Shown piece by piece: positions 19,878-52,600 of a stretch of 64,000 bases of DNA (positions are counted from its first letter, which is position 1; every line of letters starts with the position of its first letter). Both the position numbers and the translations under genes were made by a program. Below the pieces are notes generated by a model that saw only the letters and a program-made list of their open reading frames with translations, did no database searches and was not told where the DNA came from. The DNA is from Tubulanus polymorphus (lineage: Eukaryota > Animalia > Nemertea), in NCBI RefSeq assembly GCF_964204645.1, contig NC_134027.1:2450485-2514484 (forward strand), read 5' to 3'.

Positions 19878-21943
19878 ATTAACAAAGAGAACGAAAATGG
19901 AATTCAATCGTCTCAAGTCTGGACGAAAATAACATTTTTTCATGGATAATATTCAATTTATAAATCAAAAATTTCTGCTCTGCTTGTAAGATCAGTGGAC
20001 TATGTTAACATTTCAATCAAAATGTTGCCCAGCTAATATCATAACCAAATTCGCTTGAAGTTATTACATTAGGCTTCACATTTCCTTTTAGTCACAATTT
20101 GTAAATCGTCATTTAGAGAGGTCGTTACATATTATGCGGTCAGACGACGTAATATGGCGTAAAACGATTAATCAAGAGTCGTGTAATTACTGTAGGATGA
20201 AAAAAATGATTGTTTGAATAGATTAAGTAATGTTTTAATTTGTTTCATGTATTTTATACGTTTATATATATGACGTTTAACGCACTAGATAATCTGCGTA
20301 AACCACCGTGTAACGCATTGTGTGTATTAATTATATTTATTTATTACATATTAAATCGATTTATATATTTGCTAAATATATTTCTTTCGGTGTTTTTGTG
20401 TTCGTTTGGCTCGTCGAACGAGGTAGAAATATAATATTCAGATTGAGGAATTGTTCGTGCAATATAACGACTGTAGGACAACCTCGAACAGCGTTCGAAT
20501 TCAAGTGCATTTTAACAGGCGGGAATATTGAACCCTTATCTGTTCTCAGATTCAGAGGATTTGATTCACCCTACGAGGAATTATCTAACAATTGCTCGTA
20601 GATTCGCCATATTCCATAAAACCAGCTGCACGCGACAAATCGATCGGCAACCACCGACCGACTTAATACTCTCGGCTATCGATTTCCGGTTCTCAAGGTC
20701 ATCGGAAGTATTGCTTACACCTTCAAACTCGAAATTATTTGCTCTAGGTAGCGATTGCATTAGGATAAAGTTCACGTTTCCATTTGTATCATATATATTC
20801 ACGACGGAGCGTTGATAGTTGTCAAGTTGTTAATGATAGCTTTATCAGTTGTCAATGAAGGTCTGCAATTACATCGGCCGGTATCCGATTCTTATATATT
20901 ATTCACGAAGTAATAGTTATTAGAGATAAAGACGAGATGAGAATGAAACACTGTCTGTCACAATAATCGAGTGTTAATCCATTCCTTTCAGAATATTTCA
21001 CGTGATTATCAGGCCTGTTATGTTTATCTTGCTTATCTTAAATAGGGACCTCGTTCTAAAATAATTTCTACTTGTAATAAATGCATTCTTGATTATTAAC
21101 TTTACTTGGAACCAGATCCACAAAATCTTTAACCAGATTTTTGGAACTAAATGTCGATTCTGGATTCCCAATAACGCTCAGCTATTTCTATGGAGATTTA
21201 AATGATTATGGACTATGTAAAAACATTGGGCGACGCGGCTGATAAACCTTCAAAGATGGTTTCTTTTTTACTTTTAATTATGGGCTGTATGTTTATTTTA
21301 AAACGATTGTAATAACCTTTGTTGAATGGAATATCAGATTCACAGCTTGCTATCACCAGGAATCGATTGGGTGATTATATAGCTGCGACACAGACGACAT
21401 GAGGGATTCAGTACTGTAGCAGACGACAGTTCATTGAGCAGCAGACGGCGGCTTACAGTGCGCGTACCGGTGTTCGAGAAATTCTCCGGTAAAACGCTAG
21501 GAGATGCTACTTCATACTGGCCTCCTTACAGATTTACCGGGATCGCGGAGTACAGCGCGCTTGCAGCGGGGTTTTTTCCTCAGCAACTTCTCGGGGAGCG
21601 TATTCATAACAAGCCGGCGAAAGAATTGAGACCTTATAAGGCTTCGGTAAGCCGTGCTAACTGCGCGCAAGTCAGATCCATCCTGCATAATTTATTCACG
21701 ATACTCGTCGATGGAGTCGCCGTTTCGAAAACCAAGTCATTAAATACAGATTTCGAGGCGACAATTCGGAATATAGACAAACTTACGAAACTAGTTACCC
21801 GCCAGTCCGCTGCGTGATCTGCGTGTCGCGTGGTACCAGCAACTGACAGCTGTTTTGTGATACGTCCATCCATGTGGGATCTATTCCGAGGCTCCGCTAG
21901 CCGACTTCCGGCGTACTGGTAAGGTCGTTTCTATCGCTCTTAA

Positions 21944-41882
<19,939 letters not shown>

Positions 41883-44144
41883 CACCGACCAATGTTTCGT
41901 TAACTGTCGTTAACTGGTATGGCCTTAAACAAAATGATGACTTAACGGTGTTCAAACGCATGGTGCTAAAAAAAAATAAAACGCCGTTAGGGGACACGAA
42001 TATGGCTGTCGTACCCCGATAGATGGCGATTCCGCAGATGCCGGCTAGGCCGTGGCTGATTCTTATTCCACTATACATTCTAGACGATGGAAAAAAATTG
42101 AACGGAACCTTTATCACTAAATATGAACGTTGATTATGTATACATTTTTTGACAAAAGAAAATGGTTAATTATTTTCTCTCTACGTGCAACATCATTCAT
42201 ATACGTATATACATATATATGTATATAAAATATCAATATATACCAACATTAATCAGGTGCCTATTTTTGATTCTTTCTCCTTTAATTTCGTTTAAATGTC
42301 CGAAATATCTATATATATATATATATATATATAAGTAACGTTGTGAATTCATACGTGTAAAAATGAATAAAAGTGAACTTATTTTTTACCGACAAAAAAT
42401 CAACAAGTAAGAGGCTTAATTTGCCTTTTGCTAAGAATGTGTCTGCTGGATTTAAACCAGCCAGTCTTAACAACCCTGAATAGTTTTCTTGTCGCTTGTG
42501 AATAATGAATGTTTTCCTCCGATAGTATTCTGTGCCTGCATGTTTTTTGACTTCAAAATGCAGGACCACAAATAAATAATAATTGCTCCAGTATTGTTTT
42601 ATAGGTGTAGGGAATTTCTTTTTCTGGGAACCGCGAACCAAGAACCATGACAGTGCTACAAACACTAAATCACTTGTAACAAAGGACGACATTTTCAATC
42701 TTTAATCTTGGTGTTCTCTCATTCTCTCTCTCTCTCTCTCTGTTTTTCTCTTGTTATATGTATTTATATAGAGCTATTCAGATAAACCGTTAATTTAACT
42801 CTCAGTATAAACTCTAACTCAGATGAAAATTTTCTCGTCAAATGATAAATTTGCAGGGATTTTATCTTCCGTTTCATTAATCGACGTGTTTGTCCTGAAG
42901 TGCTTGTGTATTTTTACGGTGTATTATACGAAAATCGAGAAGTGTGTATTAAAATGAAAGAGGTGGCTTTGAGCCTCTCGATCAATCTGTCGCATATAAC
43001 CCAGGTTTTGGCTGTGATGATTAACACGATGAATGTAGATATTTAGAAACTTGTAAATTATCGCCCCCTAGTGATGATTAGTGGAATGTTCACCTTCTAT
43101 TAAACATATTTCCGAATCACAGTCGATACAAATCTGAAGAATATTTTATTATCCTACGATCATTACATTTATTATTACACTCTCTTTATATTTCACGTTA
43201 AACAATATTATTTCATCTTCACTGACGAAATTTTTCCCAGAGCTACCTGACTGTATTAAAATAAATTGGTCTATTTAAAAAAAAAGGTTTCTATTTCTCT
43301 TGTTCGTTTCTCGTGCGTGCAAAGTTGAAGATATTTTTCTGAAAATGGGGAGCGCGGAGGTTGCACAAGTGCATTGTATAACCGATTTACAGAAATATTC
43401 CACTGAGAAGCAAAAGCCGATGGGAACCTCGATAATAATGCCATTGTTTGTTAAGTAAGTATATATTTTTATACGGTTAAAGTAAGTGGGGAACGACTGC
43501 GCCGTCGTTAGTACCAGAACAACGATTGGAATGTTAGACTAGTTGCTGGAAACATCCGGCGCGCAAAAGCCACGAGAGTGAGTCGAATGCTGGTCGAACC
43601 CGGGACAATCTCCGCGTGATCATCCATAATTCAGTATCGACATCAGAAGAACCATGCAAATAATATTTTTCATCTGTAACTCTTTTTCGAAAGTCTAAAT
43701 AGAGTATGATGGTCACTCACTGCTTCGTAAACCTGACATTATTGACAGTAACGGCTGACGCCAATTGAGTTAAGGTGTCGTCGTTTAGTATCCGTCACAA
43801 CTAAGCCCGCATGGCACAAGTTCACAAAGGTAACTTTCTTTTGGCCCCGGCGGCAGTCGGCACTCTCGAAATTGTAGTGCTCAAAGTAGATTTGACGCAG
43901 CAATGCGAGTATCAAGCAATGGTGTAGCTTTAAAAAGTTCAATACATCCATGATTACGATTTATATCTTTAAAAAAAAACGTTGCCGGGATTCAATGAAA
44001 TATCTCGAGATCCGGGCCCGCCACGGCGGCATCGAGAAAGCGTTGTAGCCGGAACCGTGTATTTAGTCGTCGTAGCCGTAGCCGTATTTTAGAGCTAACC
44101 AATGCGGTGGCAGCACCGTACGGTTATGAATTTTTCAGTAGGAA

Positions 44145-46408
44145 ATGAAGTTTACTCTTAGGAGAGTAATTGGCATCGTTTTAACTATTTATTGCATTTT
44201 TTCATTCTACATCGGGTATTTGCTTATTCTCAGAAACGCGTGCGAAACCAAACAACTGAGAGCCGCTGAAAATTCATTGAATTCCGGTAAGTTAACAGCA
44301 GTGTCAGTGCCAATTCAAATATAATTTTATTCATAAGAGAACGATGATAACCACACTCAAACGTGGTAAACGGATAATAAGTTAAAACCCACTATCTACA
44401 GATTAAAAGAATTTAAAAACAAGAATTTATTTATTCAATCTAAAATATATATAAGACACGACGTTTCGATCTCACCCTTAGATAGAGATCATCGTCAGGT
44501 GTGATCGTCACCTGACGATGATCTCTAGGGTGAGATCGAAACGTCGTGTCTTATATATATTTTAGATTGAATAAATAAATTCTTGTTTTTAAATAATTTT
44601 ATTCAGTCAAACATTTTGAAAGAGATAGAGTATAGACGTATTTTTTTCTAATTCTAGTATACGCAAGTGATTCCGATGATGAAAATGATTCAGATATCGA
44701 AGTTTTGCCGCCGCAACGAGAAAAACTTTATGACGAAAGAGAAAGTTTGTTGTCGACTTTAAAAAATGACAAACAACAAGAATCTGCACCTAGCCGGCCC
44801 CTGATTGAGATCTGGGGAAAGGCCGCTATAGGTAACATATCTATTTGAGAGAACGTAAATCTTTTGATAGATTGTGCTCAGATTATCAATATATTTCAGG
44901 AGGATATCTGTGGGAACACATTTTAGATGGAAGTTTAGAAGATGAAGAAGATGGAATGCGCATCTCAGGATTTCAACAACTTCGCAATTTTAATCTTAGG
45001 TCGGTTATTCCTATTGAAATGATGTCTCAATCGATGTATGAAGTTAATTTACTATTGGATGATCTAAGCTACTATTCACCCCTAAACTTCAAATACGAAT
45101 GTCATTTTACCTTTATAGTACAAACCGCTTAATTTGGCTCATTTGGGATTGATGAGATTAATCCAGTTTAATTAGGTTTATATGAAGATTGATCCACATT
45201 AAGAGGGTTTCACTGTATTATTAAACTTTTTAAAGATGAACTCTATGAAATGATGACTATGAAACTTAGGGCTTGGTTTTTAGGTATCGATCTGGTCCTG
45301 GATTCATTCAAACTACCGTTCCACAAGACATCGAAAATCTCGTACTCATCCTCAACGGCAGGGAGGATATTAAAGTGAAATTCGCTAAATCCTGGTTGGA
45401 TTATTTGCCTCGCTATAAAAAACTACAGAATGTCGGTGTGATATTGTTAGGAAATGAGCGATGTGACAATATTTGGATTGAGCCGTATTTGAAAAAGAAC
45501 GGTGGTTTAATCAAAGCTCTTTTCATAGTGTACGACAGTCCAGCAGTCGACAATCAAAGAATATATCAATGGCCTTTAGGAGTCGCGACGTATGTACTGA
45601 AATAGCTGTTTTACAGGGTGACCACTGACCTTGAAAATAGGGCAGGAAAACATTTGATTTACCTCTAGTTGTCACCCTGGTATTTCGAAACGAATGCTCA
45701 AATGGTTCTCTTGAATAATTATGAACATTCTATTTCAGGTATCGCTCTTTCCCAAAAGCTGAACTGACGTTAGCGGATTTAGAAACACCTCGTCCGTTTA
45801 TGTGCAATTTTCTAGGTACAGTTTATAAGAATTCTAGTCGAGAAACGTTGCTTCAAATCATCAATTCACACGATTTAGGCAAATATTGCTACCTCAAATA
45901 TAGAACTACGTAAGTATCATTCGGTAATTCAGTGACAGTAAGAGCCTCGCAAAAATTCGAGCTTATTAAAATGATCATCTTTCTCTCATTCAGATGGGCG
46001 TCCCAGGAATCGGATGATTCGATGAGTAACTATGTTAATGTCCTCGCTCAAAGCGATTTAACTTTAAACCCGATCGGTTTCAATACGGAATGTTATCGAA
46101 TCTACGAAGCGATGTCGTTCGGTTCGTTGCCAATAGTCGAGGATCAAATGACAGCGGGAAACTGCGGAAATTCATCGACATCGAAACACGCTCCGTTGAG
46201 ATTACTGAAACAAATGGGTGCTCCTATTATCTTCATCAAACACTGGTCAGAACTTCCTGCTCTGATAAAAAACGAACTTAAATTGACCGCGAAACAAAAA
46301 GCGTTACGTCGCAAACGGATATTTAATTGGTACGAAGGATTCAAATCAATAATGAGGGACCAGTTTCTGACTGTTTTAGACAATCATTTCTTTCATAATT
46401 TCTCATAG
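44145..46408 (+). CDS. RXYLT1: Ribitol-5-phosphate xylosyltransferase 1 (TMEM5)
   Basis: Exons 44145-44286 (signal anchor 'MKFTLRRVIGIVLTIYCIFSFY'), 44658-44831 ('IEIWGKAAIG'), 44900-~44999 ('YLWEHI'), 45283-~45589 ('VLILNGRE', 'LLGNERCDN', 'QWPLGVAT'), ~45739-45909 and 45994-46408 ('SDLTLNPIGFNTECYRIYEA'). Confidence 0.94.
44456..44502 (-). ncRNA. Minimal type-I hammerhead ribozyme motif (minus strand)
   Basis: ACAC-CTGACGA-T-GATCTC-tatctaagggt-GAGATC-GAAAC-GTC-GTGT. Confidence 0.8.
44509..44548 (+). ncRNA. Minimal type-I hammerhead ribozyme motif (plus strand)
   Basis: CAC-CTGACGA-T-GATCTC-tagggt-GAGATC-GAAAC-GTC-GTG; predicted cleavage after 44545. Confidence 0.8.
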
Positions 46409-46435
46409 CTCGATGATCAATTAGACATTTTAAAC

Positions 46436-46572
46436 CTGAAGCCGGTTGCTTAAAAGTTGGTTAAAGATTAGATAACCAACAGATAAATACCACAGTAACA
46501 ATGAACTTTTAATTTTCACTACGTCAACAATCCACCAGTTAACTCTAACCAACTTTTGAGCAACTGCAGCCT
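46436..46572. mobile_element. MITE, same family as 53337-53445
   Basis: Termini GTTGCTTAAAAGTTGGTTA / TAACCAACTTTTGAGCAAC and the shared core CAGATAAATACCA.AGTAACAATGAACTTT. Confidence 0.75.
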
Positions 46573-47842
46573 CTGGTCTTTAATAACTCATTTTGCTCCA
46601 TATACCTTAGTTTTGTTCATGTGATAAATATTGTATTTTGTTGTTACGTAAATATTCAATCATGTCGTAAAGTGCAATTTTTTTACCGCCATAGATTATT
46701 TTCATGCTTTAATTCCAGCCTTGATAGTTCATTTAGCTGTAGTGTGATTTTTTTCTAGTAAAATACTGCTAAATTGCCCTTTGAAAAGATCATGGAATTT
46801 ATGGATTCAAACCTTTAAGTTTGTACTCAATACTTCTAGTGTAATATTCACTAATGCATTTATGTCGTAATACTGGTGCTCAATAAATGTATTGCCACAT
46901 TGGATTTCATTGTAAATTCTTTTCTTGTTGCGGTTCATTACTTTATTAATAAGCAATAATTCGACAGATCCAGCAAGGTCGACAGTTTAACTTAAGATAA
47001 CTATATGATTATGTTATCTATCAATTTTATTTGATATGAACGTCTTGACAACACATTCTTACAATTAAAACATTAAGATGTGACTAATTTTATTTCAGCA
47101 CAGTATATTTCGTGATAGTAGCTGTATATATTGGAAGCCTCAAGTATTTTTGTCAGCAGCTGCCTTGAACATAACTACGAACAGTATTATGCGGATTCAT
47201 TTTTCGAATGCGTAAAAAGTTAAAACATGATAGATGTTGTACACAAACCAATCATCACAGACTGCTGCTTGTGGACGGAATACAGAGGCAACGTTTTTCT
47301 CGCCAAAGCATCATTAATCGAGATGGAGTGCCATAATTACTAGACGTTTACATATATTAGAATACAATGAAAGCCAATTGAAATACGGCAGTATCTAAAT
47401 GCAGTAGCCTTCATATAGCACATAATATCAATTGTGTTTGATCATAAAGGCTTAGATAGTATTACATTCAAACCACTTAACAATAAAGAAGTACCAGAAT
47501 ATAATATGAAGAACTCGATATGAACTTTCCATAGTAACGAAGCTTTAAGTTCAAACTCGTTTAAATCGTCATCACATCATTAAAGTTATCTCTATTTTTG
47601 AGTCCTAAATTGTTTTTCCAATTCGATCTACTACGGTAAGTATAAGTCGTCATTCAGATAAGTCATCGACATATTGATCATCCCAACAACAACGACATAA
47701 GCGAGTTTGACTGTCTATTACATAAGAAACCAAGAGCAAATCAAATCTAGGAAAACATGATTTTGATTAAGTAGTCATGAATGTAAAACGTTTAATTCAG
47801 TAATTATTAAACTAGGTTATAATATCAATCGGTACACCTCCC

Positions 47843-49400
47843 TCAATGTTTACCACAAATCCATTTGAGATCTTTACAAGTTCTTAAATCGGTGAGTTCT
47901 CGAATACTCGTCCACTTACACTGACACGCGTAGCTTCTTGTACCTGAAAATATGATGATAAGGATGTAACATTAAACTCAAAAGTAAACACTGGTTGGAT
48001 GCAAAAATAATCAAACTCTGCCGTGTAATCTTTCTTACTATTATCAGCACTGAATGAGATAAATGTCGTTTTATTACCTAATTCAGATGTCAATTTAGCT
48101 CTTAATTTCTCATGATCTGGAACGTTATTTCTCAGAAAGAGGTAGTCGGTACTCGAATGCCATTTACAGTTGTCAAATTGTACGATCTTAAAATCACAGT
48201 CAGTGCAACGAAGTCTATCACAACATCTGAAAATAATCACAATTTCTAAAGCGATGATTTACGTTCAAATGATTTTGGATTAGGGAATGGATATTAACTT
48301 TTTTAAAAATTTAGCCCTCAACCTTAACTTAACCCTAAACCTGACCCCAACGCTTATACTAAAAATTTAAAAAATCTAATTATAAATCATAATTTCTTAA
48401 AATTGTATTGGCAAAAAAGCGTTTATCAGAATTATGCTAAAATATCCACTTTCTTAATTATAGAGAAACTTACTTTGATTGAATAGAACTTGCTAGACCC
48501 TGTTCACACCTTGTTCCACCCAAGAATATCGGAAAACATCTAGAAATTGAAATACGAAGTCTAGTTAGAACGGTACTAATAAAATTTCCTTTTAGCAGCA
48601 GATCTACCCGATAAATTACGTACTTTTTCTGCGCTGAAGTAACGATTCTTTTACATGAAATCCCTGAATTACCGACTGGTTTTAACTGGAAGATGAGGAC
48701 AAAAAATTATTACCAAACTCGCATTTAGGCAAGTAGCGCTTAAATTACCAGAAATAGAAATCGAAAAATAAAGTGGTTACAAACCTGTGGTTCCGATGGC
48801 ATACCCATTATATCATCGATCATTGCATCCAAATCGTTGTCTACATTACTGGCTTTCATTCTACCAAACAAAATAATGAATGGAAATGTTTTCAAGGCGT
48901 AAAATAAAATTATCTTCCAAAAACATCCTCTCTTCGGTGCGATTCAAGAATAGGGGACTATAGCAATATATATGTAGTGATAGTAATCAATTAAGTAATA
49001 ATATTAGTAATTGATAATGATGATATATAATGATAGTAATGTATATAGTAATTAATGATGATTAGGAACTAAACCTAACCCTAACCCTAATCCTAACCCT
49101 AATCCTAACCACTAGTAGTCCCCTATTCTTGAATCTTACCCTTTCTTCAATTTTTAATCTAAAGGACTAAGATAAATGAACTCACCGAGACTGAGTTAAT
49201 TTTCCACCCTGTGTATTATATTTACTACCACATCCACTACCGGTACCAGCAGCTGTAAAGTTGCAGCTGCTGCTGCTGCTGCTGCTTGTTGTTGATGATG
49301 AATTTGACTTAGTTTTCACATTTTTACTAGAATTTGACGATTTATTGATGACGAACTTTGATTCGACCTCATCTAACAGATCATCTATTTCGTCAGCCAT
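47843..49400 (-). CDS. CFAP418: Cilia- and flagella-associated protein 418 (C8orf37, RMP domain)
   Basis: '[16 protein letters not shown]', 'CFPIFLGG', '[36 protein letters not shown]' and 'RSYACQCKW...KWICGKH*'. Confidence 0.93.
48936..49140. mobile_element. MITE with internal telomere-like CCCTAA repeats
   Basis: Termini GGTGCGATTCAAGAATAGGGGACTA / TAGTCCCCTATTCTTGAATCTTACC; flanks CTCTCTTC / CTTTCTTC (7/8 match, candidate TSD). Confidence 0.8.
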
Positions 49401-49627
49401 ATCAATCTTACTGATTAATATCTATCGAAGTGCAGTTAAAGCCGAGTAAAACTGTTTTAAATGCCGCTGTTGATCAGTGATTTATTTATTTCTACTCATT
49501 TGTTTACGGAAGTAGAGAAATACACGAGAAATTACTGTTCTCATTGGAAATTAATGTATGTTGTATCCGATAGATGGCAGCAACTCCTGGGCGTTTGGCG
49601 TTCGTTTGACAGCTAATAGGAATCTTG

Positions 49628-52600
49628 TTAAGAATCTGCGTTCATCGCTTGTTCTACTTGTTTAAAAAGTTCGGCAGCTTCTTCACTAGCAGAACACTGT
49701 ATGACAAACTGTGTAGCTTGTTCTACTCCAGCAGTCTGCTGTTCCTGTTGCTGTTTAATAACTATAGTTTCTGCCGGGTTAAGACTGGCTCCTCCTGTCT
49801 GCTGGAGGCTTATCGAATCACCCTGTTGAGCTTCTAACAATTCCTTTAAAAAGTTATACACACGTTACAAACAATAAAATTGTCAAGAGAACAAAGATGA
49901 AATAATAAGCATTTGTGAGGCCTACCTGCTGCTGGGCAATAATCTGCTGTAGAATGTTTATTGTTGAAACTGGTTTCGCATTCATTTCTCCTTCTACAAT
50001 AAATATAAGTATATATAAACAACTCCTCAATCGTAGATCCAACTATGTGTGTAGTTCTCATGATTTCTTACCATTAAATTGTAGTGATTCTAGGGAAGCA
50101 GTGGATTCAATTGATGGCTGATTATTACTGATATTTAACTGAACAACCTGTAAATACAAACATTCATTGGGAATGATTAACAAGTGGTTCGACACCAACT
50201 CAAAACATTTTTTACGAAATATTAAAAAGTTGATCGAAAGACTGAAGATTCAACTAATGTAAAAAGCCAGCAGTATTTGAATCTGCACTCAGCACTGATA
50301 GCGAATGCATAAGCATCTCACCTTATCCTGCTGAGCTACTGAGGTAAATTTATTTGTTTTACTTTCAAAAATGATGAGAATGGCAATAATCTATGGAATG
50401 TGCGAGGGATGGATCAAGCGAGACAGCGGATAAGCTGTTCGCTGGTCTATACACACCTGAGTTTCAGCGTTATCACTGAGTGTTGTAGTTGCCGACCCTT
50501 CAGCGCTGACCATTACATTATCACATGACTCGAATACACGTATATCTTCAACCTCCAGTAGATGTGCATCGCGTAAATGATGATGAATTAATTCAACATT
50601 TTCGAACAAACTATCGCACGATAAACATTTGAACATCTTGAAAGAATCGAGTTGTTCCGTTGTCGTCGTCGTCAATGCTGTAGCGGTGTTGTTATGGTAA
50701 CGATTGTTATGCGTCCGTATAGCTCCGAGGGCGTTCGTTGAAAATTCACATTTTTCACATCGATATTGTTTTAAAACCTCGTGTCTCGTCATGTGTTTGA
50801 CGAGTTGACTCTTCTGTTCTGCATTATACGGACACCTGATTATAAAATCAGATTGTTATTCTATATCAAAAGAGGTGTCTCTTTTTTGCTCCATTCAACT
50901 CAAGTAAACGAATAAACAAATACAGTCTATCCCGCTTAATTTGGATCATTTGGAACCGACGCAATTCATCTGGCTCATGAGAAATATGGATTAAACACGT
51001 AGGTGCACCTCAAATATTATCCATATCGGATCAAAATCTGCAGGAAACTCTAAATTAATCAGGTTTGACTATTAGACTTCAGATAAATCAAAATACTTAC
51101 TTGGTACATTTAAAAATACGTCCGCCATTTTTATGAGTGCGAATGTGGCATCGTAAAGCTGTCTTTGATTTGTATTTCTTATCGCAGTAATCGCACTGTA
51201 ATAGTTTCGTATTATAATGTCTCAACATGTGTATTTTCAGGTTATTGATATTGCTACTCGTGTGCCGGCACAATTCACATCTAAACGTTTTCTTTGCTTC
51301 ACGCGTGCAAACATGTTTCTGAACATCCGTACCATTTTGCGCGACGAATACCCGATCACAATTTGGACACCTGTTTACTCGTCGACCTAATGAAAAGTTT
51401 TTTCAATAATCAAACGATTTGTAAATAAATTTTGACACACGGTGGTTATCCATCGGATATGTACTCACTAATATTGATGGATCTTTGAACCTCATCTCTG
51501 TTAAAATCTGGATGTTGAGTCGAGATGTGAACGTTCAACATTTGCTTACTGAAAAATTCAAATATAAATTACAAAGGAAACACCAGCGATTCATTAAGGG
51601 ATCTATAGCAGTACACTTACTCAGTAAACCTAGTTTTACAGACAGGACAATCGGATTTAGAAGACTTGTGTTTTTGAAGATGAACCCACAGTTGGTAACG
51701 ACCAATAGCAGTAAACGAACAGGCTTCCTCTGTACAACTGTATTGAATGTATTCGTGATATTTCTCGATATGACGCATCAGTGTTCCCTTGTTTACCGCA
51801 TGATAATCACATTTATCACATGGAAATGGTTTGTCACCTGTAAATAAATCAACAGTTTTAAGATTCAAAGATTCGTATTATTACTGATACCGCTTCGATG
51901 AGATTTATGCTGGCATTCTATACTGTATAGGCCAAAAAAAATTGATACCTTGTTTCTCCGCTCTGCTGAGCTTAAATGTTGACCCGGCCGGCCACCTATC
52001 TACCCTATACATTACTTTTTTTTAAATCGTGATCAATTTCACCATAGCAGACCCGGCCGCTATAGAAATGAACTGTTTATAAATTTTATCATATTTTACA
52101 AAAATGACCCGGCCGCTGCGGAGAAACAAGGTATCATTTTTGTTTAGCCATAGCATTATGACTGACCTGTATGCGTAAACAGATGAGGTTGAAGATCAGT
52201 AAGATGATTAAACAGACGTCCACAGTACTGACACTCTTTATCACCGAACATCTCTTTAATCTTATTCAATAGATCCGTGTTCAACAAATGATAATTCAAT
52301 TTTTCATAAATATCGTACGAAAACATCTGAGTTCTTTCATCGATCGTTTCATCCTCAGTTGTTCTCCGATCCGAGTCCGCTGAGGCTTCGATTAAAATAT
52401 CAGTTTCATCGGCGGCGCCACGTAGAATCGATCGTAATTGTTCAGACTCGTCGACCGTGGCTACGACGTCCGATAGACTTCGAGTAGAATCTTTAAGTAA
52501 CGTTGTCGTTTCTTCACTCGCGCAATTGTCGCTAGTTTCCGGTGGTAGTTTTTCCAAAAGCGAACAATTCTCTTCCAGCAGCGACGGTTGATCTGTTGCG

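Larger units (their letters stand above)
44411..44594. mobile_element. Palindromic double-hammerhead element in RXYLT1 intron 1
   Basis: Near-perfect inverted repeat with arms of about 90 nt (44411-44501 / 44509-44594). Each arm is an HHR followed by an AT-rich tail containing AATAAA. Confidence 0.85.

Noticed and set aside
20440-20815. Possible pseudogene or coding remnant
   Set aside because: Stops in all frames, with no recognisable domain or splice structure.
21434-21873. ORFs upstream of junctophilin
   Set aside because: Best explained as the GC-richer 5' UTR/promoter of JPH.
43340-43951. Short GC-richer ORFs upstream of RXYLT1
   Set aside because: No recognisable homology or consistent exon chain; more likely promoter or repeat sequence.
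44411-44594. Interpretation as an integrated viroid or Obelisk genome
   Set aside because: The arms are near-exact duplicates with poly(A) signals, and a PLE-like remnant with the same HHR style is present in the window. An inverted PLE pLTR is the simpler explanation.
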